Made by a program: the position numbers and the translations under genes
Shown here: positions 21,467-32,527 of the stretch, in pieces
How positions within the stretch are numbered: position 1 is the stretch's first letter
Layout: each line of letters starts with the position of its first letter
The notes under the pieces: generated by a model
Seen by the model: only the letters and a program-made list of their open reading frames with translations
Databases searched by the model: none
What the model was told of the DNA's origin: nothing
Assembly (NCBI GenBank): GCA_947626815.1
Contig: CANQTN010000002.1
Coordinates: 34,553-98,552, forward strand
Direction of reading: 5' to 3'
DNA length: 64,000 nt
Source of the DNA: an uncultured Clostridia bacterium
GTDB lineage: Bacteria > Bacillota > Clostridia > TANB77 > CAG-508

Positions 21467-21763
21467 ATGACAATTGATGAAAGAAAATCGGTAAATACAG
21501 GAGTAATACAAAATTTGATACTAGAAAATAGAGAAAAATTAAGTATATCTGGTGTTTTAGATGTTTTAAGCTTTGATGATCAAGTAGTGATTTTAGAAAC
21601 AGAATTAGGATTATTAACTGTTAAAGGAGAAAACATAAGAATTAACAAATTAAGTATAGATACTTCAGAAGTTATCGTAGAGGGAAATATATCTTATATG
21701 GCATATAGTGATAAAGAAAACGAGAAAACAAAAGGAAGTTTTATGAGTAAAATATTTAAATGA
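21467..21763 (+). CDS. yabP: Sporulation protein YabP
   Basis: LENREKLSISGVLDVLSFDD, LETELGLLTVKG. Confidence 0.92.
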   Translation: MTIDERKSVNTGVIQNLILENREKLSISGVLDVLSFDDQVVILETELGLLTVKGENIRINKLSIDTSEVIVEGNISYMAYSDKENEKTKGSFMSKIFK

Positions 21764-21789
21764 AATTGCTAATTGGAAGGAATTAAATT

Positions 21790-22296
21790 ATGATTACGAA
21801 TCAGGCCTATTTATTTTTTGTTTTTATTATAAATGGTATTTTAATAGGATTAATATTTGATTTATTTAGAATATCTAGAAAAGTTATTAAGACTAATAAT
21901 CTAATGACTTATATTGAGGACTTTATATTTTGGATTTTGACTGGTTTTATAGTACTTTACTCAATATTTGTTTTTAACAATGGTGAATTACGCCTTTTCA
22001 TGTTTATAGGAATTATATTAGGTGTTATTATTTATATTTTACTTATGAGTAGATATTTTATTGAAATTAATATGAAAATAATTAATACTATAAAATCGAT
22101 TATAAAAATTCTGTTTAAGCCAATAAACTTTGTATTTGCTTTCTTACGAAAAATTTTTATAAAACCAATAACTTTTTTATTTATTAATATTAGAAAAAAT
22201 TTTACAAATTTTTCTTTAAAAATGCAAAATATTATTCAAAAATTAAAAAAGAAAGGACAATTAAAACCTAAAATTTGTAAAAAATTAAAAATATAA
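21790..22296 (+). CDS. yabQ: Spore cortex protein YabQ
   Basis: GILIGLIFDLFR, EDFIFW, NNGELRLFMFIG; follows yabP. Confidence 0.88.
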   Translation: MITNQAYLFFVFIINGILIGLIFDLFRISRKVIKTNNLMTYIEDFIFWILTGFIVLYSIFVFNNGELRLFMFIGIILGVIIYILLMSRYFIEINMKIINTIKSIIKILFKPINFVFAFLRKIFIKPITFLFINIRKNFTNFSLKMQNIIQKLKKKGQLKPKICKKLKI

Positions 22297-22371
22297 GAAG
22301 GATTTTAAAGAAAAATGTAGAATATATTAATTATAGTATTATATTAATAACATATAAATGGAGAGGTACTG

Positions 22372-22644
22372 ATGAAAAAAAGTAATATATATAAAAAATT
22401 ACTTATATTGGTTATTGCAATATATGTAGTTTTTACATTAGTTAATCAGCAAAAAACTTTAAATCAATATGAGCAAGATAATAATGAATTAGTTTCTCAA
22501 ATAGAAGAAGAAAAAGAGAAAAAGGAAGAACTTGCTAAAAAGAAAGATGATGTAACTTCATTGGATTTTATTGAACAAACAGCTAGAGAAAAACTAGAAA
22601 TGTATTATCCAAATGAAAGAGTTTATGTAGATAGGGGAATGTAA
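22372..22644 (+). CDS. divIC: Septum formation initiator DivIC/FtsB
   Basis: N-terminal TM, coiled coil, IEQTAREKLEMYYPNERVY; yabP-yabQ-divIC synteny. Confidence 0.85.
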   Translation: MKKSNIYKKLLILVIAIYVVFTLVNQQKTLNQYEQDNNELVSQIEEEKEKKEELAKKKDDVTSLDFIEQTAREKLEMYYPNERVYVDRGM

Positions 22645-22788
22645 TTTAAAAAATTATATTCCTTTTTAAAAAAGGCTTTTATTTTGTAGTAAAATATGGT
22701 ATAATGTTATAGTTTGGTAATCAATTTATTATTTCTTTGTATTTTCCAATAAAAAAGTATTATAAAAATAAAATAAGGAGGTATTTTT

Positions 22789-24150
22789 ATGCCAAATATT
22801 GAAGAACTTACATTAGCTGAATTAAAAGAAAAAGCTAAAAATTACAATATTAAAAATATTTCAAAATTAAAAAAAGATGAATTAATAACTATTCTTGCAC
22901 AAATCAATGCTCAAAAAGAAGAAATAGACATAAATAATTCAGAAATGTATAGAGCAGAAGAAAAAGAACTAATAGAAAGACAATACGACGAAAATGGTGA
23001 GCCTATTGTTGATTATAAATTGACAAATGAGGGAGATGAAATTGTAGAAGGAATATTAGATATATTACCAGATGGATATGGCTTTTTACGAGGAGATAAT
23101 TTCTTGTCTAGTGATAAAGATGTATATATATCTATGGTACAAATTAGAAGATTTAGGCTAGATACAGGAGATATTATAAAAGGTATTTCTAGATACAGAG
23201 AAGGTGAAAAATTTCCATCATTAATTTTTGTTGGAGAAGTAAATGGTGAACATCCAGAAAAGGCTATGAAGAGAAAAAGATTTGATGAATTAACACCAAT
23301 ATATCCTAATGAAAGACTAAAATTAGAAACAGAAACAAATGAATATGCAATGAGAATTATAGATTTAATGTCTCCAATAGGAAAAGGACAAAGAGGGATG
23401 ATAGTAGCACAACCAAAAGTAGGAAAAACTACATTATTAAAGAAAGTAGCTAATAGTATATCAAAGAATAATCCTGAAATTGAATTAATAGTTTTATTAA
23501 TTGATGAAAGACCAGAAGAAGTTACAGATATGAAACGTTCAATAAAAGGACAAGTAATTCATTCAACTTTTGATGAATTGCCAGAACATCATGTTAAAGT
23601 TGCTGAAATGGTCTTAGAAAGAGCAAAAAGATTAGTAGAACATGGAAGAGATGTAGTTATATTATTGGATAGTATAACTAGACTTACAAGAGCATATAAT
23701 CTTGTTATACCTTCATCTGGAAGAACATTATCTGGAGGTATTGATCCTGCATCATTACATAAACCTAAAAAATTTTTTGGAGCTGCAAGAAATATTGAAT
23801 TTGGTGGTAGTTTAACTATACTTGCTACTGCATTGATTGAGACAGGTAGCAGAATGGATGATGTTATTTTTGAAGAATTTAAGGGAACAGGTAATATGGA
23901 AGTACATCTAGATAGAAAATTATCAGAAAGAAGAATATTTCCAGCTATTGATATTAATAAATCTGGTACTAGAAGAGAGGATTTATTATTAAGTCCACAA
24001 GAAAAGGACACAGTTTTTTCTCTAAGAAAAGCGATGAACAGTATGCCAGTTGCAGATGTAACTGAGCAAGTTATTAGTTATATGACTCAAACTAAAAATA
24101 ATGAAGAATTTGTTGAAAAAATTGAAAATTATTTAAAAAAATTTAAGTAA
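22789..24150 (+). CDS. rho: Transcription termination factor Rho
   Basis: [47 protein letters not shown]. Confidence 0.97.
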   Translation: MPNIEELTLAELKEKAKNYNIKNISKLKKDELITILAQINAQKEEIDINNSEMYRAEEKELIERQYDENGEPIVDYKLTNEGDEIVEGILDILPDGYGFLRGDNFLSSDKDVYISMVQIRRFRLDTGDIIKGISRYREGEKFPSLIFVGEVNGEHPEKAMKRKRFDELTPIYPNERLKLETETNEYAMRIIDLMSPIGKGQRGMIVAQPKVGKTTLLKKVANSISKNNPEIELIVLLIDERPEEVTDMKRSIKGQVIHSTFDELPEHHVKVAEMVLERAKRLVEHGRDVVILLDSITRLTRAYNLVIPSSGRTLSGGIDPASLHKPKKFFGAARNIEFGGSLTILATALIETGSRMDDVIFEEFKGTGNMEVHLDRKLSERRIFPAIDINKSGTRREDLLLSPQEKDTVFSLRKAMNSMPVADVTEQVISYMTQTKNNEEFVEKIENYLKKFK

Positions 24151-25270
24151 AAGAGATTTAATATGAAGTCTCTTTTTTATTTTTTTTCAAATTATATTGA
24201 CAAATATTTTTAATATGTGATATAAAAATGTTATAAAAAATTTTTCAGTATATATTTAATTTATATTACAGAAAAGGTAGGGCATATGAGAATATGCTTT
24301 GTTATTATTAATATATAACATTGCGCAAAATCAAAGTTTTGTGCAAATAGGAGTAGGAATAAAACCATATATCCTTAAATTGCTGCTATCTCTTGCTATT
24401 AGCCACTCTTAACCAATTCTATCTATTTATTTAAACAACAAGTTTTATATTACTTTGATATTAAAATGGCTTATATTTGATCCTGGAGCTTCGTTTTTTT
24501 AGCTTATTACAAGTTTTTCTTAATCTTATATATAATTTTATTTTTTATATCTTAAATTTTAATTTTTATATTTCTATTTTAAAAATTTGCAAATGCCTAT
24601 ATTTTAGTATTTTGCGTAATTTTTAAGACATAAAACTATATGTCTTTTTTATAAAAACGGCTTAAAATCGATTCTGACGCGTCGTTTTTTTGGCGATTTT
24701 TCAGAATTATTTATATAACAATATTTTTATTAAAAATTATTGTTTTATAATATAATTAAGTTTTAATTGTAAAATTGTTTAAATGAATAACTTGTTGTTT
24801 AAATTATAAAAATGTCTTAAAATTGATTTTGAGGCTTTATAAAATGAAATTATTTTATAATGTTATAAATAAAAATTTATTTTAGAAATTTTATAAAATA
24901 TTTAGAAAAATTATATTTAAATCTATAAAAATTTTAATTACAACAAATGTTCGGTTTTAAAATTTGAGGTTTGTAAAAATATAAAATTTTGAATTTTTAA
25001 AATATTTATTTTAAATTACAAATTTTCTTTTTATTATTTTGCAATATAAATTTTTAAATTTTGTTTTAGAAAAATTTATAATTTATTTCATTTTATATTT
25101 TAAGATTTTGAAAAACAACCCCTCTCTCCTACCTCGTATGATTTTCTTTTTTTAAATTTTTACTCCATATAACCTTTCATTTCTTTTTGAATATTTTCTA
25201 TTAATTTAATTATTTGTATTAATATATCTATCTTTATGAGAGAGTTTCCTCTCTCATAAAATTTAATTCA
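24151..25270. other. 1.1-kb AT-rich non-coding gap at the strand-convergence point (candidate replication terminus region)
   Basis: No ORF in track; genes converge on it from both sides; contains degenerate direct repeats and a 16-bp inverted repeat. Confidence 0.55.
25234..25260 (-). terminator. Intrinsic terminator after res
   Basis: ttatgagagag tttc ctctctcataa hairpin. Confidence 0.65.
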
Positions 25271-28168
25271 TTATTTTATAAGATTTTTTACAATTGTACT
25301 AACTTTATCTGTACTTAATTGCTTTTTGAATTTTATTTTTATTCCTTCATTTTGCAACTGCTCAAATAACTTTTTAGCACATTCTATTTTGTAATTTTCT
25401 TTACTTCTTAAATCAAGATCTGATTCAACATTTTTAGATTCAATAACTAAATTAAGTTCAGAGGTTCCGTCTTTTTTGTCTATTAAATACATGAAATCAG
25501 GACTATAAGTTCCCCCATTTGCAACTGGAATTTTAATACTATTTTTAGGAATTTTTCCAAATACAGATACTTCTTGTATTTCTTCCATAATATTATTTTT
25601 TTCAATATCAGAATCAAATGCAATTGTATCATATAAATATTTTTCTTGAGGTGTACCCTCTATTTTTGAAGTTCCAACATTACCTATAACAATAGTATCT
25701 TTAATTTTTCCATTCTCAGTCGTTAAGGCTGTTGGATGTATTGGTAAATCTATTTTCTTGTATGTAAATCTTTTAAATAATTCTTCAGCCTTCCAATTAT
25801 TAATTTCTATACAAAATTTTGATAAAACAGTGTTATTAAAAAATTGATTACTAATTTTGTGTTTTTGATTATATTTCACCAAAGCATTATGAATATTAAC
25901 AATAGGAATATTAGTTAAGTTTGATGTTTTAATTAAAAAATCATTATATTTTAAATACTTGTTTGTCATTAAAGATAATCCTGACATTTCCATTATTCCT
26001 GTCGTATTTTCATTAATATTTAACATTTGTCTTTGAGTAACAATTTCATCAGAGCTGTCAATCCCTTTTTCTAGTATTTTAATCAATGCATTTATTATTT
26101 CTTCATCAGTAAATTCAGAATAATTTATTATATATTTTTGATTTAACACTTCCCATAATTTTTTAATCTTTTCGTACTTTTCTTTTCTAATACCAATTTT
26201 ATTTTCATCCTTAATTTTTCCATTAATAATCTTATCTCTTTTTAATCCATTATTTAATTCAGGAATTGCGTTAAAGAATTTTTCTTCATCAAGTATTTTT
26301 CCACTAAAATCTATAATTTTTTCATCCATTAAATTACGCCATAATTCATTTACATCAATATTTCTCCTTTTTGCAACCTCTAAAATTTGCTCTGTTGAAA
26401 CTTTATCAAATGCTAATGCCTCTTTGCTGACTTCCTTTTTTAAATCTGCAATAAAATCCTTTTCTGTAAAATCAACAATATAATTCAAGTAAAATTGCTC
26501 TCCAGAAATTCTGTTTAAATTGTTATCTACAGGAAGTCGTAATCCTCTACCAACTTCTTGTAATTTACTATTATCACTTCCACTACTTCTTAATTTAGCA
26601 ATTGTAAAAATATTCGGATTATCCCAACCTTCTTTTAAAGTCCATTTTGAGAAAATAAATCTTCTTAAATTATATTGATTATTTTCATATATCTTTAATA
26701 TTTTTTCTTTTTCATTAAGAATGTCATCAACTTCTCTTTGAATTTCTTCATCTTTGTTACTTTTATCTTCAGAAAAGTATGCTGCTCTACATTTTGATAT
26801 ATCAATCAAACTTTGGTTCAAATATTCTTTATAATTTTCATCGTCAGTTTCTAAAATTTGTTTTTTCAATTTTTCCTTTAAAATTCTATCAAAAGATTCC
26901 AATAGATAAGCTGGTTTATCATCTTTATTTCTATATGATGAAATATCATCTATAAAAAATAAAGCTAATGTTTTTATTCCTCTTTTGAAATTTTCTTTTT
27001 CAATTCCAAAATGTCTTTCTAAAGCTGTTTCAATCATCATATCTTGATATGATACAGAATAACTTTCAGGCGATAATTCAGTTCCTTTATAAACTTCAAT
27101 TCCGTTGGATAGAATAATTGAATTTTTAGTAATTCCTGTTATTTCAATACCATCAAAATCTTCGTGTACAATAGACAAACTATCTTCTTTTGAAAGTTCA
27201 TAAGATTTCTTTTTATCTTCTTCTATCTTTTGTATAGTACAATTTTCTTTGCTTTTAATGTCCAATAATTTTATTCTTATATTATTGCTTGAACGAGTAG
27301 GTACATATTCAGCAATAACTCCTTTAACTAAATTATTATTAAAAGCCTCAATACTTGATAGATTATATATTAAATTATGATAATCATGAGTTATTTTTCT
27401 TTTTGTCTTTATTTCTGGAAACGTAGCTCCAAATCTTATAATACATTGTGGTGCAAAATTTTTTTTAATATTTTTAAAAGTAGTATTATCTTTTCTAAAT
27501 TTGTGAGGCTCATCAATTATTAAAATTGGGTGAATTGATTTTATAGCTTCTCTTGGATTTGTTAAGTCGTCTAATATTGTGGTATCATAATCTTTTGTCA
27601 ACATCTCACTATTTATAAGGTGTGCATTTATTAACATTACTTGTATTTTTTTTGTATTTATATTTGAACTTGTAACAAATTCTCTAATAGGACTTGGAAA
27701 GTACCCTCTTCCTTTTTTATTATGAACTTTCTCAACTAATCTTAATTCTATTTCTACTCCGTTATATTCATCTTCAAAAAAAATTTTTGTATCTTTTGAT
27801 TGAATAAATTGTTTTGTTCCAGCTTTAATTGGTATTGTAGGTACGACTATTATAAATTTATTAAAACCATATTTATCATTTAATTCATAAATAGTTTTAA
27901 TTTGTGTGAATGTTTTTCCAGTTCCTGTTTCCATCTTGATATCTAAATTCAGATAATTATCTTCAACTCCAATATTTGATTTCATTTCTCGTGAAATATT
28001 GTTATTATTTTGTATCTTTTCAATATTTTTTATTATATTAGGAGATTTTAAATCAATTATGGGGTTGCCAGTAATGCAACTTGTCTTTTCTACATTTACA
28101 TTTTCAAAAACACTTATTATTGAATTTACAGCATCATCTTGATGTTTTAGACCTTTTTCAAGTTTCAT
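25271..28168 (-). CDS. res: Type III restriction-modification endonuclease subunit
   Basis: LDIKMETGTGKT, IIDEPH, LKEGWDNPN, QEVGRGLRL, YSPDF...LVIESK. Confidence 0.93.
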   Translation of the reverse strand: MKLEKGLKHQDDAVNSIISVFENVNVEKTSCITGNPIIDLKSPNIIKNIEKIQNNNNISREMKSNIGVEDNYLNLDIKMETGTGKTFTQIKTIYELNDKYGFNKFIIVVPTIPIKAGTKQFIQSKDTKIFFEDEYNGVEIELRLVEKVHNKKGRGYFPSPIREFVTSSNINTKKIQVMLINAHLINSEMLTKDYDTTILDDLTNPREAIKSIHPILIIDEPHKFRKDNTTFKNIKKNFAPQCIIRFGATFPEIKTKRKITHDYHNLIYNLSSIEAFNNNLVKGVIAEYVPTRSSNNIRIKLLDIKSKENCTIQKIEEDKKKSYELSKEDSLSIVHEDFDGIEITGITKNSIILSNGIEVYKGTELSPESYSVSYQDMMIETALERHFGIEKENFKRGIKTLALFFIDDISSYRNKDDKPAYLLESFDRILKEKLKKQILETDDENYKEYLNQSLIDISKCRAAYFSEDKSNKDEEIQREVDDILNEKEKILKIYENNQYNLRRFIFSKWTLKEGWDNPNIFTIAKLRSSGSDNSKLQEVGRGLRLPVDNNLNRISGEQFYLNYIVDFTEKDFIADLKKEVSKEALAFDKVSTEQILEVAKRRNIDVNELWRNLMDEKIIDFSGKILDEEKFFNAIPELNNGLKRDKIINGKIKDENKIGIRKEKYEKIKKLWEVLNQKYIINYSEFTDEEIINALIKILEKGIDSSDEIVTQRQMLNINENTTGIMEMSGLSLMTNKYLKYNDFLIKTSNLTNIPIVNIHNALVKYNQKHKISNQFFNNTVLSKFCIEINNWKAEELFKRFTYKKIDLPIHPTALTTENGKIKDTIVIGNVGTSKIEGTPQEKYLYDTIAFDSDIEKNNIMEEIQEVSVFGKIPKNSIKIPVANGGTYSPDFMYLIDKKDGTSELNLVIESKNVESDLDLRSKENYKIECAKKLFEQLQNEGIKIKFKKQLSTDKVSTIVKNLIK

Positions 28169-28179
28169 TCAATTTCCTC

Positions 28180-30108
28180 CTAATATCTTTCATAAAATTT
28201 AATATCAATATTTTTAAAATTTTTTACTTGTTTAATGTTATTTTTTATCATTTCAATTTCATTAAATGTAAATGAATATCCAAATAATATCAACTTATCA
28301 CAAGTAAAATCTTCTTCATTATTATATTTTTCTAATAATGCTTGTATATTATTTATTTTAATTGTAGGATATATCAAATATAAACACTGATTACACTTAA
28401 ATGCTTTATAATTATCTAAATTTATTTCTTCCACTTCTTCTAAAAAATCATATCCATCTTTTAATTTCCAAGTTTCTAATATCGTTTCGACTCCATATTC
28501 TTTATACAATTCATAAGTTTCATTTAGTGCTTCAGGAGAAAATTCTTCAAGTTTATTTAATAAACTTTTAGATGTATTCTTTAATATATAATGTTTGAAG
28601 CCATAATCTATATCTTTATTTGTTTCTTTCTTAATTTGTTTTGCTGCTCTTATAATTCTCTCTTGACCGATTTCAGATAATAAGTGTGGCTTATTGCACT
28701 CATCACAAACTTCAATTTGGTTTGTTATTATTTGTCTGTTATCATTATTTGAATTTCTTAAATTCTCATCTAAATCTTCTGGTAATTGAATAGCAATATA
28801 TCTTAAATTTGTAGAGTATTTTGCATTATATGACATTACAGCATGAGAAGTTGATGCAGAACCTGAAAAAAAATCCAATACTATATCATCATTGCTAGTT
28901 GTCCCTAACTGTAAAATTTTTTCTATTAACCCTATTGGTTTTGGATTTGAAAAGACAACCTTATTGTTAAACAGCTTTTTTATTAAATTTGTTCCATTTG
29001 TAGTAGTTTCAACTTCATCCCATAGAGTTTTTGAAACTTTTCCTCTTTCTTCAGCTTCAAATAAAAATCTTTTTCTTTGTGGGCCAGTTTCTCCTGCAAC
29101 TCCAAAAACAATTCTATTATCTTCCATCAGCTGTAGAAACTTTTCATATTCATTTTTCCAGCTATGTCCTGGATTTGGTTTATATATTTCTCCTGTTTTT
29201 GGATTCTTAATTTCATATTGTTGATTGACTCTCCAACCTCCAACTTGAAATGGGTCTGCTTTCCAAGGTCCTCTTGGATCATTATCAGGATTAGAAAATC
29301 CATCTCCATCCTCAATCAATCTAAATTCATTTCTATTTGTAATATAATAATTCATATTTTTGAAATAGACTAATGTATGTGTATGAGAATTAGAAATCAA
29401 TGCAGTATTTGTAACAGATTTAGTTGAATTCCATATAATATCTGTTAAATAATTTTCTTCTCCATATATCTCATCACAAATTAGTTTTAAATTACTATAC
29501 TCATTTTCACCTATTGAAATAAATATAACGCCTTTATCATTTAATAATTGTCTTGAAATATATAATCTAGGATACATAAATGTAAGCCATGCACTATGTG
29601 AAGAAGAATTATAAGAAGTCATACTTAAAATTCTTTCTGCTTCTAATTCACTTATATCAAGTTTTTCCATAAGATCTTCTTTAGTAAAAGAATAAGTATC
29701 ATTATATGCAAAATCATCTTTTCCTGTGTTATATGGTGGATCTATATAAATGCACTTTACAGTTCCTTCATAAGCTTTTAATAAATGTTTTAAAACATCC
29801 AGATTATCCCCACTAATATAAATATTTTTACTATTTTTATTTTCTATTTTACTATTATGCTCAATATCAGGTTCAATTACAGTTTCAGTATCTAAGCCTG
29901 AAATCATTTTTGCATAAGTTTTTCCTAAAAAATTTAATTCAAAACTCTCTTTTGTAAAATCAACTTCAGAATTAAGTCCTTTCTTTAAAAGCTCCAAATC
30001 TAACTTTCCATTTTTATCAAAACATTCAGGAATAATATTCTTTAATGCTTTTATTTTATAATCATTTAAATGACTATTTTTATTATTTTCAATAATATCC
30101 TTAATCAT
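28180..30108 (-). CDS. mod: Type III R-M DNA methyltransferase subunit
   Basis: GDNLDVLK, IYIDPPYNTG, HSAWLTFMYPRL, PKP, VLDFFSGSAST. Confidence 0.93.
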   Translation of the reverse strand: MIKDIIENNKNSHLNDYKIKALKNIIPECFDKNGKLDLELLKKGLNSEVDFTKESFELNFLGKTYAKMISGLDTETVIEPDIEHNSKIENKNSKNIYISGDNLDVLKHLLKAYEGTVKCIYIDPPYNTGKDDFAYNDTYSFTKEDLMEKLDISELEAERILSMTSYNSSSHSAWLTFMYPRLYISRQLLNDKGVIFISIGENEYSNLKLICDEIYGEENYLTDIIWNSTKSVTNTALISNSHTHTLVYFKNMNYYITNRNEFRLIEDGDGFSNPDNDPRGPWKADPFQVGGWRVNQQYEIKNPKTGEIYKPNPGHSWKNEYEKFLQLMEDNRIVFGVAGETGPQRKRFLFEAEERGKVSKTLWDEVETTTNGTNLIKKLFNNKVVFSNPKPIGLIEKILQLGTTSNDDIVLDFFSGSASTSHAVMSYNAKYSTNLRYIAIQLPEDLDENLRNSNNDNRQIITNQIEVCDECNKPHLLSEIGQERIIRAAKQIKKETNKDIDYGFKHYILKNTSKSLLNKLEEFSPEALNETYELYKEYGVETILETWKLKDGYDFLEEVEEINLDNYKAFKCNQCLYLIYPTIKINNIQALLEKYNNEEDFTCDKLILFGYSFTFNEIEMIKNNIKQVKNFKNIDIKFYERY

Positions 30109-30346
30109 TTTTTTCTCCTTCCAATCTATAAAAATAATCTTGTTTTAGACCTAGACTTAAAAGTTGTAACTCTATATCTATTTTATTTATTTCAAAATTT
30201 TCAAATCTCATTATTATCTTTTTATCATAAATTTTTTTTATTTTCAATAAAATTGTATAAAAAATTATATACATTGATATTAGCTTATTTTAACCATATT
30301 TTTGATTAATAACTTATATTATTATTCAATAAAAACTCCTTAAAAT

Positions 30347-32275
30347 TTATTCTGAAGCTAGAATATAATTCTTTACAATATTCACTTTTTTATTTTGTCT
30401 TTCACTAAAGCTATCATAATAGTAATCAATTCCATTCTTCTCAATAAAGTGTACCTCGTTTTTTACAACTTTAAATTTAGAATTTTTATATTTTTCTAAT
30501 TTCTTCTCTATAGCATTATTTCTGATATTCCTATTTATTGAATATTCAAGAATCATTAAATTTCCTAAATAATTTTTATTATCTTTAAATCTTTTGTCAT
30601 CATTATCTATTGCACAAATATGCTCTATATCAAATTTTCTTGTAAATAATTTTTGATATTTTTGCAGTAATTCATGTTCAGATATATCTTTATCTTCATT
30701 TTCAGTTTTTTTACTTTCAGCAACTTTTGCTATTATTAAACAAGAAATCTCTTTATTTTTCCTTATTTTTGCTATTTCACCTTCAAGTTTATTTAGTAAT
30801 TTTTCTTCACTACATTTTTTTAATTTTTCCTCTATTTCTTCGTTTATTTTTTCAGCACTGAAAGACATATTTACAATTTTAATTATAATATTATTTATAA
30901 AATTTTTTCCTTCATTTATTGCCTGCCTTTGAGTTATAGAAAAATATTCAAGCAATTTGCTAATATTTATTACAAACTTATTAAAATCATCATCTATTAC
31001 TTTAAATCTCCATAAAAATAATACTGGTAAAAAATTATATGTCCATGAATAGCTTGTATATTTTTTTAACATTTTATATGCAAAATATGTTTCTGAATTT
31101 ATATTTTGCAAGTTTAATATAGTATTTGATAAATTTACATATGTTTCATATATATCGTAAAAATCTTGAACATTAATTTTTTCATTTTCAAAACCTTCAA
31201 ACTGTTTTTTATGAATATTATCTAATATGTATAAAAATAGTTTATCATAAAAATTATCAATTGACATGCTAAATAACTCACTTTTATAATTTGCTATATC
31301 ATCATCTTTTTTATTTACTACTCTAGCTATTAATATAAATTTATATATTTTTAAAATATCTTCAAATGAAAATGTTTCTGATATCATGTTAATTTCGCTA
31401 AATTCTGTTTTTCCATTTGTTTCATTTTCTCTAATATTTTTTTCTAATTCAATAATTTTTTCATTTTGAGCTTGTATATTATTATGTAATATATTGATTT
31501 TTCTTATTATATCATCTGGGTTTGTTTCGTTTTTAGATTTACTATATTCGTACATTTTTATTTTAAAAATATCTTTTGTTTCTAATGGTTTTCCAGTTGT
31601 ATTTATTGTATCAAAAATATTTATAGCTTCACTTTCTTTAATTTCTTCGTTTATGTATATAGCTACAACATAAACATTATTTAAGATATTTTCAGCAAAT
31701 TCTTGTTTAGATTTTTCAGATATAATATTAGCTTTATTTAAAGCCTCTTTTATATAGTAGTAATTTAATTTATATACATTATTATTTCTAAAATTAAATA
31801 TTTTTTTTCTTCTTAAACTTGCGTTTGAATGTCCATTTAATTCTTTTAATTCTTCAGCCGTATAATCTTTGTTATTTAAAAAATCAATAAATTTATCTTG
31901 TTCATCCTTTATGTTTTCACTTATATCATTGCTTTGAATCTTTATTTTTAACATGTTTTTAATAACATCGTCTGAATATTTATTAGGATTTAAATAGTTC
32001 AATAATATTAAGAGTGTTGTTATTCTTTGTTGACCATCTATTATTTGCTGTATTGTTGTTTCTCTTCTAATTTCCATATTTCCTAAAAATATGAAGTCTT
32101 TCTCATCACTTAAACTATTTAAATTTTCTATCAATTTTAATATATTTTGTTCTTCCCAATCATATGATCTTTGATAACTTGGAATAAAATATCGGTTTTT
32201 AGGATTTAATAGCTCTTTTAAATTAACAAAAATTGGGTCTATATTTTCTTTATTAAATTTTTTTGGTGATTTCAT
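30347..32275 (-). CDS. DUF262/DUF1524 (GmrSD-like) protein
   Basis: IPSYQRSYDW, IIDGQQRITT, IFDTINTTGKPL, C-terminal DIEHI...LGNLMILEYSIN. Confidence 0.85.
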   Translation of the reverse strand: MKSPKKFNKENIDPIFVNLKELLNPKNRYFIPSYQRSYDWEEQNILKLIENLNSLSDEKDFIFLGNMEIRRETTIQQIIDGQQRITTLLILLNYLNPNKYSDDVIKNMLKIKIQSNDISENIKDEQDKFIDFLNNKDYTAEELKELNGHSNASLRRKKIFNFRNNNVYKLNYYYIKEALNKANIISEKSKQEFAENILNNVYVVAIYINEEIKESEAINIFDTINTTGKPLETKDIFKIKMYEYSKSKNETNPDDIIRKINILHNNIQAQNEKIIELEKNIRENETNGKTEFSEINMISETFSFEDILKIYKFILIARVVNKKDDDIANYKSELFSMSIDNFYDKLFLYILDNIHKKQFEGFENEKINVQDFYDIYETYVNLSNTILNLQNINSETYFAYKMLKKYTSYSWTYNFLPVLFLWRFKVIDDDFNKFVINISKLLEYFSITQRQAINEGKNFINNIIIKIVNMSFSAEKINEEIEEKLKKCSEEKLLNKLEGEIAKIRKNKEISCLIIAKVAESKKTENEDKDISEHELLQKYQKLFTRKFDIEHICAIDNDDKRFKDNKNYLGNLMILEYSINRNIRNNAIEKKLEKYKNSKFKVVKNEVHFIEKNGIDYYYDSFSERQNKKVNIVKNYILASE

Positions 32276-32385
32276 TATACTTTATCCTCCTTTTCATAAT
32301 ATATCATATAAATTATAAAAAATAAATAATTTTGGTTTGTATTATCAAAGGTTTTTTCAGATTATAGCATTTTTTCTATACAATA

Positions 32386-32422
32386 AAAATATGGGTAAGA
32401 ATTTAATTCTTGCCCATGTTTT
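32386..32422 (-). terminator. Hairpin after the HD-domain gene
   Basis: aaaatatgggtaagaatt / aattcttgcccatgtttt. Confidence 0.55.
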
Positions 32423-32527
32423 TATTGTATATTGCAACTTTTTTCGTTCGACCATTTTTGACAATATTTGAATGTGTATTTGCACTTCTTTTTCGTTTCC
32501 AATGTACATATTTTATGCTTTCAAAGT

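Noticed and set aside
24622-24649. AAGACATA-N6-TATGTCTT as the dif site
   Set aside because: Inner CATA..TATG spacing is 6 nt rather than the 8 nt of canonical dif, and the arms match poorly.
28180-30108. Phase-variable mod (phasevarion)
   Set aside because: No simple-sequence repeat tract seen in the ORF or its upstream region.
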